From assembly GCF_009914755.1 (NCBI RefSeq), contig NC_060940.1: a stretch of 64,000 nt of DNA; one strand, 5' to 3'. A program made the translations under genes and the position numbers. This DNA is from the human T2T-CHM13v2.0 reference genome, Homo sapiens. The notes beneath the pieces are model-generated. The model saw only the letters and a list, made by a program, of their open reading frames with translations. It was not told where the DNA came from and ran no database searches. Of the stretch, positions 1 to 14,600 are shown one piece after another (the stretch's first letter is position 1; every line of letters starts with the position of its first letter).

Positions 1-2100
1 TCCATATGATGATGATTCCATTCGATTCCATACGATGATGATTCCATTCGAGTCCATTCAATGGTGATTCCATTCAATTCCATTCGATGATTCCTTTCGA
101 TTCCATTCGATGATGATGGCATTCGATTCCATTCAATCATTCCCTTTGATTGCATTCAAAGGTGATTTCACTCAAGTCCATTCGATAATTGCATTCGATT
201 CCATTTTATGATGATTCCATTCGAGTCCATTTGATGATTCCATTCAATTCAAGTCAATGATGATTCCATTCGATTCCATTCGATGATTCCATTGGATTCC
301 ATTCGATGATGATTCCATTCAAATCCATTCGATAATTCAATTCAAGTCCATTCGATGATGATTAAAATCGAATCCATTCAAAGATTCCATTCAGTTCCAT
401 TCGATGATTCCCTTAGATTCCATTCGATGATTCCACTTGATTTCATTTACGATGATTCCATTCGATTCCATGTGATGATTCCATTCAATTCTATTCAATG
501 CTGTTTCCATTTCTTTCCATTCGACCATGATTGCCTTTGATTCCATTCAATGACTCCATTCGGTTCCTTTTGATGATGATTCCGTTCGATTCCATTTCAT
601 TATTCCATTTGATTCCATTGGATGAGTCCATTCGATTACATTCGATGATTATTCCATTCGAGTGCATTAGATGATTCCATTCGAGTCCATTCGATGATTC
701 CATTCGATTCCATTCGATGTTGATTCTGTTCAAATCCATTCGATGATTCCACTCGATTCCATTCGATGACTCCAGTTGATCCCATTCGATGATTTCCTTT
801 GATTCCCTTTGATGATCATTCCATTTGATTCAATTCGGTGATTTCATTTGATTCCATTCAGTGATGTTTCCATTCGACTCCATTCGATGATGATTCCATT
901 CGACTCCATTCGATTATGATTTCATTCAATTCCATTCGATAATGATTCCCTTCGAGTCCATTCGATGATTCCATTCGATTCCATTCAACGATGATTTGAT
1001 TCGTGTCCATTCGATGATTCCATTTGATTCCACTTGATGATGATTCCATTCGAGTCCATTTGATGATTCCATTCAATTCCATTCTCCGATGATTTCTTTT
1101 GAGCCCATTCAATGCTTCCACTCGATTCCATATGATGATGACTCCATTCGATGAAATTCGATGATGATTCCATTCGCTTGCATTCGATGATGATTCCACT
1201 TGAGTCCATTAGAAGATTCTATTCAATGTTATTCGATGATTCCATTCGATCTCATTCGATGATGATTCCATTCAACTCCATTCGATGTTTCCATTCGAGT
1301 TCATTCTATTATTCCATTAGATTCCATTCGATGATGATTCCATTCGATTCCATTTGATGATTGCATTCTATTTCATTTGATGATGATTCCATTCGAGTCC
1401 ACTCGATGATTCCATTCGAGTCCATTTAATGAATCCATTGGTTTCAATTCTATGATGATTACATTGGATTCCATTCGTTGATGATTTCATTCGGTTCCAT
1501 TCAATGATGATTCAATTCAATTCCTTTCAATGTTTCCATTCAATTCCATACGATGATTATTCCATTTGATTTGATTCGACAGTGAGCCATTCGATTCAAT
1601 TCCATGATGATTCTATTTGATTCCATTGGTTGACATTTCCATTCGATTCCATTCGATGATGATTCCCTTTGATTCCATTCAAAGATGATTCCATTCTAGC
1701 CCATTCAATCATTCCATTCGATTCTATTCAATGATGATTCCATTCATGTCGATTTGGTGATTCCATTTGACTTCATTTGATGATGATTCCTTTCAAGTTC
1801 ATTAGATGATTCCATTCGATTCCATTTGATGATGATCCCATTCGAGTCCATTCAGTGATTCCACTCGTTTCCATTCCATGATGATTCCATTCCATTCCAT
1901 GCAATGATTCCATTCGATTCCGTTTGATGATGATTTCATTCGAGTCCATTTGATGATTCCATTTGATTCCATTCGATGATGATTCCATTCGAGTCCATTC
2001 GATGATTCTATTCGAATCCATTTGATGATTTCTTTTGATTATAGTTGGTGATGATTCCATTGGAGTCCATTCAATGATTCCATTCGATTCCAATCGATGG

Positions 2101-2111
2101 TGATTCCATTA
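2101..2111 (-). promoter_or_regulatory. Example DUX4-type motif TAATGGAATCA (one of many in the array)
   Basis: The + strand TGATTCCATTA reverse-complements to TAATGGAATCA, which fits TAAYBBAATCA. It also occurs at 2330-2340 and 3000-3010. DUX4 binding and activation of HSATII is known, but occupancy here is not shown. Confidence 0.4.
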
Positions 2112-2283
2112 GAGTCCATTTAATGATTCCATTTGATTCCAGTCTCTGATGATTACATTTGAGTCCATACGATGATTCCACTCAATTCCATATGATGATG
2201 ATTCCATTCGATTCCATTCGATGATTCCATTCTATTCTATTCAATGGTGATTCCATTCGAGTACATTAGATGATTCCATTCGA

Positions 2284-5200
2284 TTCCATTCAATGATGAT
2301 TCTATTTGTGTCCCTTAGATGATTCCACATGATTCCATTAGATGATGATACTATTTGAGCCCATCCAATGATTCCCTTCGATTCCATTCGATGAGGATTC
2401 CATTCGATTCAATTCATTGGTGATTCTATTCAATTCAATTCTTTGATTCCATTCCATTCCATTCGACAATGATTCCATTCGATTTCTTTCGATGATTCCA
2501 CTCGATTCCACTTGACATTGATTCCCTTCGATTCCATTCAATGATTCCATTTGATTCCAGTGGATGATGATTGCCATCGATTCCATTTGATCACTCCATT
2601 CTATTCCACTTGATGATGATTACATTCGATTCCATTTGACGATTCCATCTGATTCTATTCGAGGATTCCATTTGATTCCATTCGATGATGATTCCATTCG
2701 AGTCCATTCGATGATATCATTCGAGTACATCCAATGATTCCATTCGAGTCCATTTGATGATTCCATTTGATTCCATTTGATAATGATTCTACTAGAGTCC
2801 ATTCAATGACTCCATTGGAGTCCATTCAACAATTCCATTCGACTCCATTTGATGATTCCATTGGATTCCATTTGATGATTCCATTCGAGTCCATTTAATC
2901 ATTACAGTCGAGTCCATTTGGTGATTCCACCGGATTTCTTTTGATAATGATACCATTCAATTACATTTGATGATGATCCCATTCAATTTCATTTGATGAT
3001 GATTCCATTAGAGTCCATTCGATGATTTCATTCGAGTCCCTTCATTGATTCCATCCGATTTCATTGGATGATGACTCCATTCGAGTCCATTCGATGATTC
3101 CACTCGATTCCATTAGATGATTCCATTGGAGTCCATTTGATTGTTCCATTCGATTCCATTCGATTCCTTTCGAAGATTATTCCATTTGAGTCCATTCGAT
3201 GATGATTCCATTCCATTCCATTCGATGATTCCGTTTGATTCCATTCGATGATTCCCTTCGATTCCTTTCTTTGATGATTCCATTCCATTCCATTCAATGA
3301 TTCCATTCGAATCTATTCCATGATGATTCCTTTCGATTCCATTCGCTGATGTTTCCGTTCAATTCCATTCGATGATGATTCCATTCGATTCCATTCATTG
3401 AGGATTCCATTTGATTCCATTCAATGATGATTCCGTTCTATTCTATTCAATGATTGCATTCAATTCCATTCAGTGATTATCCCCTTAGAGTAAACTCAAC
3501 GATTCCATTCAATACCATTCGATGATGATTCCTTTTGAGTCCATTCAATGATTTCATTCAAGTCCATTTGATGATTCCTTTCAATTCCATTCTATGATGA
3601 TTCCATTCGAGTCCATTCGATGATTCCATTCGATTGCATTCGATGATTCCATTATATTCCAGTCAACAATGAATCCATTCGAGTCCATTCGATGATTCCA
3701 TTAGAGTACATTTAATGATTGCTTTGTTTTCAATTCGAAGATGATTACATTGGATTCCATTCTATGATACCATTCGATTCCATTCAATGATGATTCCACT
3801 CAAATCCATTGGATGATTCCATTCGTGTCCATTCGGTGATTTCCTTAGATTCCATTCGAGGATGATTCCATTCGATTCCATTCGATGATTCCATTCAATT
3901 CCATTCGAGGATGATTCCATTCCAGTCCATATGATCATTCCATTTGATTTCATTCGATGATGATTCCATTCGATTCCATTCGATGATTCCATTCTATTCC
4001 ATTCGATGATGATTCCATTCGAGTCCATTCGATGATTCCATTCGAGTCCATTTAATGATTCCATTGGGTTCAATTCAATGATGATTACATTGGATTCCGT
4101 TCTATGATTCCATTCAATTCCGTTCATTGACAATTTGATTCCATTCGATGATGATTCCATTTGAGTTCATTCGATGATTCTATTCGATTCTCTTCGATGG
4201 TGATTCAATTCTATTATATTGGATGATTCCATTCGATTCCATTTGATGTTGATTCAATTCGATTCTATTCGATGATGATTCCATTGGATTTCACTTGATG
4301 ATTCTATTCGATTCCATTCAATGATGATTCACTTCTCGTCCATTGGATGATTCCATTTCATTCCATTCGATGATGATTCCATTCGATTCCATTCGATGAT
4401 TCCATTTGATTCCATGCGTCGGTGAGCAATTCGATTCAATTCCATGATGATTCTATTTGATTCAATTAGATGATGTTTCCATTCGAATCCATTCCATGAT
4501 TATTCCATTGGAATCCATTCGGCGATGATTCCATATGAGTCAATTCAATGATGATTCCATATGGGTCCGTTCGATGATAATTCCATTTGATTTCATTCGG
4601 TGCTTCTATTCAATTCCAGTCGATGATGATTCCGTTGGAGTCCATACGATGATTCCATTTGATTTCATTTGATGATGATTCCATTCGATGATGATTACAT
4701 TGGATTCCATTCTATGATTCCATTCAATTCCATTCGTTGATGATTCGATTCCATTCAATGATGATTCCATTTGAGTTCATTCTATGATTCTATTCGATTC
4801 CGTTCGATGGTGATTCAATTCTCTTATATTGGATGATTCCACTCGATTCCATTTGATGATTATTCCATTGCAGTCCACTTAGGGAATCCTTCAGATTCTT
4901 CTCGAAGATGAATCCATTCAAGTCCATTCAATCATACCATTCAATTTCATTCGTTGATGCTTCCATTCAAGTGCATTCGATGATATCATTCGATTCCATT
5001 TGATGATAATTCCATTTGATTCCATGCGATGATTCTATTCGATTCCATTCAATGATAATTCCATTCAGTTCAGTGATTCCTCTGAACTCCATTTGATGAT
5101 GATTCCATTCAATGATTCCATTCGATTCTATTCCAAAATGATTCCATTTGAATCCATTTGATGATGATTCCATTAGATTCCATTTGATGATTCCATTCGA

Positions 5201-8200
5201 TTCCATGCGACGATGATTCCATTCAATTCCATGTGATGATTCCATTCTATTCTATTCGATGATGATTCCATTCGATTCCATTCGATGATGATTGGATTCG
5301 ATTCCATTTGATGATTTCATTTGATTCCATTCGTTAATGATTTCGATCAATTCCATTCGATGATTCCATTCGATTCCATTCGATAATGATTACATCCGTG
5401 TCCATTCAATGATTCCATTTGAGCCTGTTCGATAATTCCATTTGAGTCCAACCAATGATTCCATTCATTTCCCTTCAATGATTCCATTCGAGTCCATTTG
5501 ATCATTCCGGTAGGGTCCATTCGATGTTGATTCCATTGGAGTGCATTCGATGATTCCATTCGAGTCTATTTTATGATTTGATTCGAGTCCTTTCGATGAT
5601 TCCATTCGATTCCACTCGATGATGATTTCATTCGAGTCCATTCGACACTTCCAATCGATTCCATTTGATGTTTCCATTCGAGTCCAATTGATGATTCCAT
5701 TCAATTCCATTCGATGATGATTCCGTACGATTCCATTCTGTGATGATTCCATGTGATTGCATTCAATGATGATTCCTTTAGATTGCATTCGATTGTGATT
5801 CATTTCGTCTTCATTCTATGGTTCCACTGGTTTCCATTCGTGTCCATTCCATTATTCCATTCTATTCCATTTGATGATGATTCCATTCGATTCCATTCAT
5901 TGGTGATTCCACTCAATTCCATTCAATGATTCCATTCCATTTCTTTCAACAATGATTCCATTACTTTCTAATCGATGATCCACTTGATTCCATTTGACGA
6001 CGATTCCATTCTTGTCCATTCGATGATTCCATTTGATTCCATATGATGATGATTCCATTCGATTCCATACCATGATGATTCCATTCGAGTCCATTCAATG
6101 GTGATTCCATTCAATTCCATTCGATGATTCCTTTTGATTCCATTCGATGATGATGGCATTCGATTCCTTTCAATCATACCCTTTGATTCCATTCAAAGGT
6201 GATTTCATTCAAGTCCATTCGATAATTGCATTCCATTCCATTCTATGATGATTCCATTCGAGTCCATTTGATGATTCCATTCAATTCAAGTCAATGATGA
6301 TTCCATTCGATTCCATTCGATGATTCCATTGGATTCCATTCGATGATGATTCCATTCAAATCCATTCGATAATTCAATTCAAGTCCATTCGATGATGATT
6401 AAAATCGAATCCATTCAAAGATTCCATTCAGTTCCATTCGATGATTCCCTTAGATTCCATTCGATGATTCCACTTGATTTCATTTACGATGATTCCATTT
6501 GATTCCATGTGATGATTCCATTCAATTCTATTCAATGCTGTTTCCATTTGATTCCATTCGACCATGATTGCCTTTGATTCCATTCAATGACTCCATTCGG
6601 TTCCTTTTGATGATGATTCCGTTCGATTCCATTTCATTATTCCATTTGATTCCATTGGATGAGTCCATTCGATTACATTCGATGATTATTCCATTCGAGT
6701 GCATAAGATGATTCCATTCGAGTCCATTCGATGATTCCATTCGATTCCATTCGATGTTGATTCTGTTCAAATCCATTCGATGATTCCACTCGATTCCATT
6801 CAGTGATGATTCCATTTGATTCCATCTGATGATGATTTCATTTGATTCCATTCGATGATGATTCCATTGGAGTCCATTGAATGATTCAATTCAATTCCAT
6901 TCCATGTGGATTCCATTCGAATTCATTCGATTATTCCATTCAAATCCCTTCGTTGATTCCATCTGATTCCACTTGACGATGATTCCATTCAAGTCTAATC
7001 GATGATTCAATTCGGTTCCATTCAGTGATTCCATTCGAGTCCATTTATGTATTATATTCGTGTCCACTTGATGACTCACTCCATTCAATTCCATTTAATG
7101 ATGATTCCATTTGATTCCATTTGATGATTCAGTTCGATTCCTTACAATGATTCCCTACGATTCCTTTCTATGATGATTCCATTCGATTCCATTCATTGAT
7201 GATTCCATTCGACTCCATTCGATGATGATTCCTTTCGATTCCATTTGACGATGTTTCCATTTGAGTCCATTCGATGATGATTCAATTCAGTTCTGTTCTA
7301 TTATGAATCCATTCGATTTCATTCAATGCTTCTATTTGATTCCATTCGACGATGATTCCATCTCTTTCCCTTCGATGTTTCCATTTGATTCCATTCAGTG
7401 ATGATTCCATTTGATTCCATCTGATGATGATTTCACTTGATTCATTTCAATGATGATTCCATTCAAGTCCATTCGATGATTCCATTGGAGTCCAAACGAT
7501 CATTCCATTCGATTCCATTCAATGATGATTCCATTCATGTCCATTCAATGAATCCTTTCAATTCCATTCGATGATGACTCCATTCGAGTACATTCGATGA
7601 TTCCATTTGATTCCATTTGATGATGATTACATTCAATTCCATTCGAAGATGATTCCATTCAATTCCACTTGATGATGATTCCGTATGAATCCATTCGCTG
7701 ATTATTCCATTCGATTCCATTCATTGACGATTCCATTTGATTCCATTCAATGATGATGCTCTTCTATTCCATTCGATGATTCCGGTCGATTCCATTCGAT
7801 GATGATTCCATTAGATTCCATTCGATTGTTGCATTCGATTCCCTTCGATGATGATTCCTTTGAATTCCATTCGATTATGATTCCGTATGAATCCATTTGA
7901 TGATTATTCCATTGGATTCCTTTCGATGATGATTCCATTCGATTCCATTTGATGATGTTTCTCATGTATTCCATTTGATAATTCCTTTCAATTCCCTTCG
8001 ATGATGATTCTTTCGAGTCAATTCGATGATTCTATTCCATTCCCTTCGATGATGATTCCATTTCACTCCATTCGATGATTCCATTCGATTCAATTTGGTG
8101 ATGATTCAATTCGATGACATTCGATGACTCCATTCAATTTCATTTGATGATGATTACATTCGAGTCCATTTGATGATTGTATTCCTTTCCTTTTGATGAT

Positions 8201-9683
8201 TATTCCATTCGTGTCTATTCAAAGATTCCATTCTATTCCATTCAATGATGATTCCAATTGATTCCATTCAATGATTATGGCTATCGATTCCACTCGTTGA
8301 TTCCATTTGATTCCATTCGATGATTATTCCGTTAGATTCCATTAGGAGATTCCATTCGATTTTATTCAATGATTCCAATTGATTCCATTCAATGATGATT
8401 CCATTCGACTCCATTCAGTGATTCCATTTGAGTCCATTTGATGATTCCATTCGAGTCCATTTGATGATTCCATTCTTTTCCATTTGATGATGATTCCATT
8501 AGGGTCCATTCAATGATTCCATTCGAGTCCATTCGTTAATGCCTTTCGAGTCCTTTTGATCACTACATTCGAGTCCATTCAATGATTCTATTCGATTCCA
8601 TTCCATGATGATTCCATTCGAGTTCATTCGATGATTGCATTCGAGTCCATTTGATGATTCCATAAGATTCCATTCGACAATGATTCCATTCGTGTCCATT
8701 TGATGATTCCATTCATTTCCTATCGATGAAGATTCCATTCGAGTGTATTCGATGATTCCATTCAAATCCATTCGATGATGATTCCATTCCAGTCCATTCG
8801 ATCATTCCACTTGATTCCATTTGATGACTATTCCATTCAAATCCATTTGATGATTCCATTCGATTCCATTCGATGTTACCATTCCAGTATATACGATGAT
8901 TCCACTCGATTCCATTTGATGATTATTCCATTGGAGTCGACTTAGTGAATCCTTTAGATTCTACTCGAAGATGATTCCATTCGAGTCCATTCGATGATAC
9001 CATTCAATTCCATTCGTTGATGCTTCCATTCAAGTGCATTCGATGATATCATTCGATTCCATTTGATGATAATTCCATTTGATTCCATGTGATGATTCTA
9101 TTCCATTCCATTCAATGATAATTCCATTCAATTCAGTGATTCCTCTGGACTCCATTTGATGATGATTCCATTCAATGATTCCATTCGATTCTATTCGAAA
9201 ATGATTCCATTTGAATCCATTTGATGATGATTCCATTCGATTCCATTTGATGATTCCATTCGATTCCATTCGACGATGATTCCATTCGATTCCATTTGAT
9301 GATTCCATTCTATTCTATTCGATGATGATTCCATTCGATTCCATTCGATGATGATTGGATTCGATTCCATTTGATGATTTCATTTGATTCCATTCGATGA
9401 TGATTTCGATCAATTCCATTCGATGATTCCATTCGATTCCATTTGATAATGATTACATCCGAGTCCATTCGATGATTCCATTTGAGCCCGTTCGATAATT
9501 CCATTTGAGTCCAATCAATGATTCCATTCATTTCCATTCAATGATTCCATTCGAGTCCATTTGATCATTCCGGTAGGGTCCGTTCGATGTTGATTCCATT
9601 GGAGTGCATTCGATGATTCCATTCGAGTCCATTTTAGGATTTGATTCGAGTCCTTTCGATGATTCCATTCGATTCCACTCGAT
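2284..9683 (+). repeat. Copy 1 of a near-identical ~7.4-kb segment (copy 2 at +9,414)
   Basis: ORF pairs at constant offset 9,414: 2338/11752, 2620/12034, 3061/12475, 3762/13176, 4967/14381, 6528/15942, 7747/17161, 8499/17913, 9030/18444, 9310/18724. The translations are essentially identical. Confidence 0.93.
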
Positions 9684-11697
9684 GCGATGATGATTTCATT
9701 CGAGTCCATTCGACACTTCCAATCGATTCCATTTGATGTTTCCATTCGAGTCCAATTGATGATTCCATTCAATTCCATTCGATGATGATTCCGTACGATT
9801 CCATTCTGTGATGATTCCATGTGATTGCATTCAATGATGATTTCTTTCGATTGCATTCGATTATGATTCATTTCGTGTTCATTCTATGGTTCCACAGGTT
9901 TCACATCGTGTCCATTCCATTATTCCATTCTATTCCATTTGATGATGATTCCATTCGATTCCATTCATTGGTGATTCCACTCAATTCCATTCAATGATTC
10001 CATTCCATTTCTTTCAACAATGATTCCATTAGTTTCTAATCGATGATCCACTTGATTCCATTTGACGACGATTCCATTCTTGTCCATTCGATGATTCCAT
10101 TTGATTCCATATGATGATGATTCCATTAGATTCCATACGATGATGATTCCATTCGAGTCCATTCAATGGTGATTCCATTCAATTCCATTCGATGATTCCT
10201 TTCGATTCCATTTGATGATGATGGCATTCGATTCCTTTCAATCATTCCCTTTGATTCCACTCAAAGGTGATTTCATTCAAGTCCATTCGATAATTGCATT
10301 CGATTCCATTCTATGATGATTCCATTCGAGTCCATTTGATGATTCCATTCAATTCAAGTCAATGATGATTCCATTCGATTCCATTCGATGATTCCATTGG
10401 ATTCCATTCGATGATGATTCCATTCAAATCCATTCGATAATTCAATTCACGTCCATTCGATGATGATTCCAATCGAATCCATTCAAAGATTCCATTCAAT
10501 TCCATTCGATGATTCCCTTAGATTCCATTCGATGATTCCACTTGATTCCATTTACGATGATTCCATTAGATTCCATGTGATGATTCCATTCAATTCTATT
10601 CAATGATGTTTCCATTTGATTCCATTCGACCATGATTGCCTTTGATTCCATTCAATGATTCCATTCGGTTCCGTTTGATGATGATTCCGTTCGATTCCAT
10701 TTGATGATTCCATTTGATTCCATTGGATGAGTCCATTCGATTACATTCGATGATTATTCCATTCGAGTGCATTAGATGATTCCATTCGAGTCCATTCGAT
10801 GATTCCATTCGAGTCCATTCGATGATTCCATTCGATTCCATTCGATGTTGATTCTGTTCAAATCCATTCGATGATTCCACTCGATTCCATTCGATGACTC
10901 CATTTGATCCCATTCGATGATTTCCTTTGATTCCCTTTGATGATCATTCCATTTGATTCAATTCGGTGATTTCATTGGATTCCATTCAGTGATGTTTCCA
11001 TTCGACTCCATTCGATGATGATTCCATTCGACTACATTCGATTATGATTTCATTCAATTCCATTCGATAAAGATTCCCTTCGAGTCCAATCGATGATTCC
11101 ATTCGATTCCATTCAACGATGATTTGATTCGTGTCCATTCGATGATTCCATTTGATTCCACTTGATGAGGATTCCATTCGAGTCCATTTGATGATTCCAT
11201 TCAATTCCATTCTCCGATGATTTCTTTTGAGCCCATTCAATGCTTCCACTCGATTCCATATGATGATGACTCCATTCGATGAAACTCGATGATGATTCCA
11301 TTCGCTTGCATTCGATGATGATTCCACTTGAGTCCGTTAGAAGATTCTATTCAATTACATTCCATGACGATTCCGTTCGAGTCCATTTGATGATTCCATT
11401 AGACTCCATTCCACGATGATTCCATTCGATGTTATTCGATGATTCCATTCGATCTCATTCGTTGATGATTCCATTCAACTCCATTCGATGTTTCCATTCG
11501 AGTTCATTCTATTATTCCATTAGATTCCATTCGATGATGATTCCATTCGATTCCATTTGATGATTGCATTCTATTTCATTTGATGAGGATTCCATTCGAG
11601 TCCACTCGATGATTCCATTCGAGTCCATTTAATGAATCCATTGGTTTCAATTCTATGATGATTACATTGGATTCCATTCGTTGATGATTTCATTCGG

Positions 11698-14600
11698 TTC
11701 CATTCAATGATGATTCTATTTGTGTCCCTTAGATGATTCCACATGATTCCATTAGATGATGATACTATTTGAGCCCATCCAATGATTCCCTTCGATTCCA
11801 TTCGATGAGGATTCCATTCGATTCAATTCATTGGTGATTCTATTCAATTCAATTCTTTGATTCCATTCCATTCCATTCGACAATGATTCCATTCGATTTC
11901 TTTCGATGATTCCACTCGATTCCACTTGACATTGATTCCCTTCGATTCCATTCAATGATTCCATTTGATTCCAGTGGATGATGATTGCCATCGATTCCAT
12001 TTGATCACTCCATTCTATTCCAATTGATGATGATTACATTCGATTCCATTTGACGATTCCATCTGATTCTATTCGAGGATTCCATTTGATTCCATTCGAT
12101 GATGATTCCATTCGAGTCCATTCGATGATATCATTCGAGTACATCCAATGATTCCATTCGAGTCCATTTGATGATTCCATTTGATTCCATTTGATAATGA
12201 TTCTACTAGAGTCCATTCAATGACTCCATTGGAGTCCATTCAACAATTCCATTCGACTCCATTTGATGATTCCATTGGATTCCATTTGATGATTCCATTC
12301 GAGTCCATTTAATCATTACAGTCGAGTCCATTTGGTGATTCCACCGGATTTCTTTTGATAATGATACCATTCAATTACATTTGATGATGATCCCATTCAA
12401 TTTCATTTGATGATGATTCCATTAGAGTCCATTCGATGATTTCATTCGAGTCCCTTCATTGATTCCATCCGATTTCATTGGATGATGACTCCATTCGAGT
12501 CCATTCGATGATTCCACTCGATTCCATTAGATGATTCCATTGGAGTCCATTTGATTGTTCCATTCGATTCCATTCGATTCCTTTCGAAGATTATTCCATT
12601 TGAGTCCATTCGATGATGATTCCATTCCATTCCATTCGATGATTCCGTTTGATTCCATTCGATGATTCCCTTCGATTCCTTTCTTTGATGATTCCATTCC
12701 ATTCCATTCAATGATTCCATTCGAATCTATTCCATGATGATTCCTTTCGATTCCATTCGCTGATGTTTCCGTTCAATTCCATTCGATGATGATTCCATTC
12801 GATTCCATTCATTGAGGATTCCATTTGATTCCATTCAATGATGATTCCGTTCTATTCTATTCAATGATTGCATTCAATTCCATTCAGTGATTATCCCCTT
12901 AGAGTAAACTCAACGATTCCATTCAATACCATTCGATGATGATTCCTTTTGAGTCCATTCAATGATTTCATTCAAGTCCATTTGATGATTCCTTTCAATT
13001 CCATTCTATGATGATTCCATTCGAGTCCATTCGATGATTCCATTCGATTGCATTCGATGATTCCATTATATTCCAGTCAACAATGAATCCATTCGAGTCC
13101 ATTCGATGATTCCATTAGAGTACATTTAATGATTGCTTTGTTTTCAATTCGAAGATGATTACATTGGATTCCATTCTATGATACCATTCGATTCCATTCA
13201 ATGATGATTCCACTCAAATCCATTGGATGATTCCATTCGTGTCCATTCGGTGATTTCCTTAGATTCCATTCGAGGATGATTCCATTCGATTCCATTCGAT
13301 GATTCCATTCAATTCCATTCGAGGATGATTCCATTCCAGTCCATATGATCATTCCATTTGATTTCATTCGATGATGATTCCATTCGATTCCATTCGATGA
13401 TTCCATTCTATTCCATTCGATGATGATTCCATTCGAGTCCATTCGATGATTCCATTCGAGTCCATTTAATGATTCCATTGGGTTCAATTCAATGATGATT
13501 ACATTGGATTCCGTTCTATGATTCCATTCAATTCCGTTCATTGACAATTTGATTCCATTCGATGATTTTTCCATTTGAGTTCATTCGATGATTCTATTCG
13601 ATTCTCTTCGATGGTGATTCAATTCTATTATATTGGATGATTCCATTCGATTCCATTTGATGTTGATTCAATTCGATTCTATTCGATGATGATTCCATTG
13701 GATTTCACTTGATGATTCTATTCGATTCCATTCAATGATGATTCACTTCTCGTCCATTGGATGATTCCATTTCATTCCATTCGATGATGATTCCATTCGA
13801 TTCCATTCGATGATTCCATTTGATTCCATGCGTCGGTGAGCAATTCGATTCAATTCCATGATGATTCTATTTGATTCAATTAGATGATGTTTCCATTCGA
13901 ATCCATTCCATGATTATTCCATTGGAATCCATTCGGCGATGATTCCATATGAGTCAATTCAATGATGATTCCATATGGGTCCGTTCGATGATAATTCCAT
14001 TTGATTTCATTCGGTGCTTCTATTCAATTCCAGTCGATGATGATTCCGTTGGAGTCCATACGATGATTCCATTTGATTTCATTTGATGATGATTCCATTC
14101 GATGATGATTACATTGGATTCCATTCTATGATTCCATTCAATTCCATTCGTTGATGATTCGATTCCATTCAATGATGATTCCATTTGAGTTCATTCGATG
14201 ATTCTATTCGATTCCGTTCGATGGTGATTCAATTCTCTTATATTGGATGATTCCACTCGATTCCATTTGATGATTATTCCATTGCAGTCCACTTAGGGAA
14301 TCCTTCAGATTCTTCTCGAAGATGAATCCATTCAAGTCCATTCAATCATACCATTCAATTTCATTCGTTGATGCTTCCATTCAAGTGCATTCGATGATAT
14401 CATTCGATTCCATTTGATGATAATTCCATTTGATTCCATGCGATGATTCTATTCGATTCCATTCAATGATAATTCCATTCAGTTCAGTGATTCCTCTGAA
14501 CTCCATTTGATGATGATTCCATTCAATGATTCCATTCGATTCTATTCCAAAATGATTCCATTTGAATCCATTTGATGATGATTCCATTAGATTCCATTTG

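Noticed and set aside
7045-7062. TATA-like AT-rich patch (tttatgtattatattcg) as a promoter
   Set aside because: It is explainable as point-mutated monomer sequence and has no other supporting promoter context.
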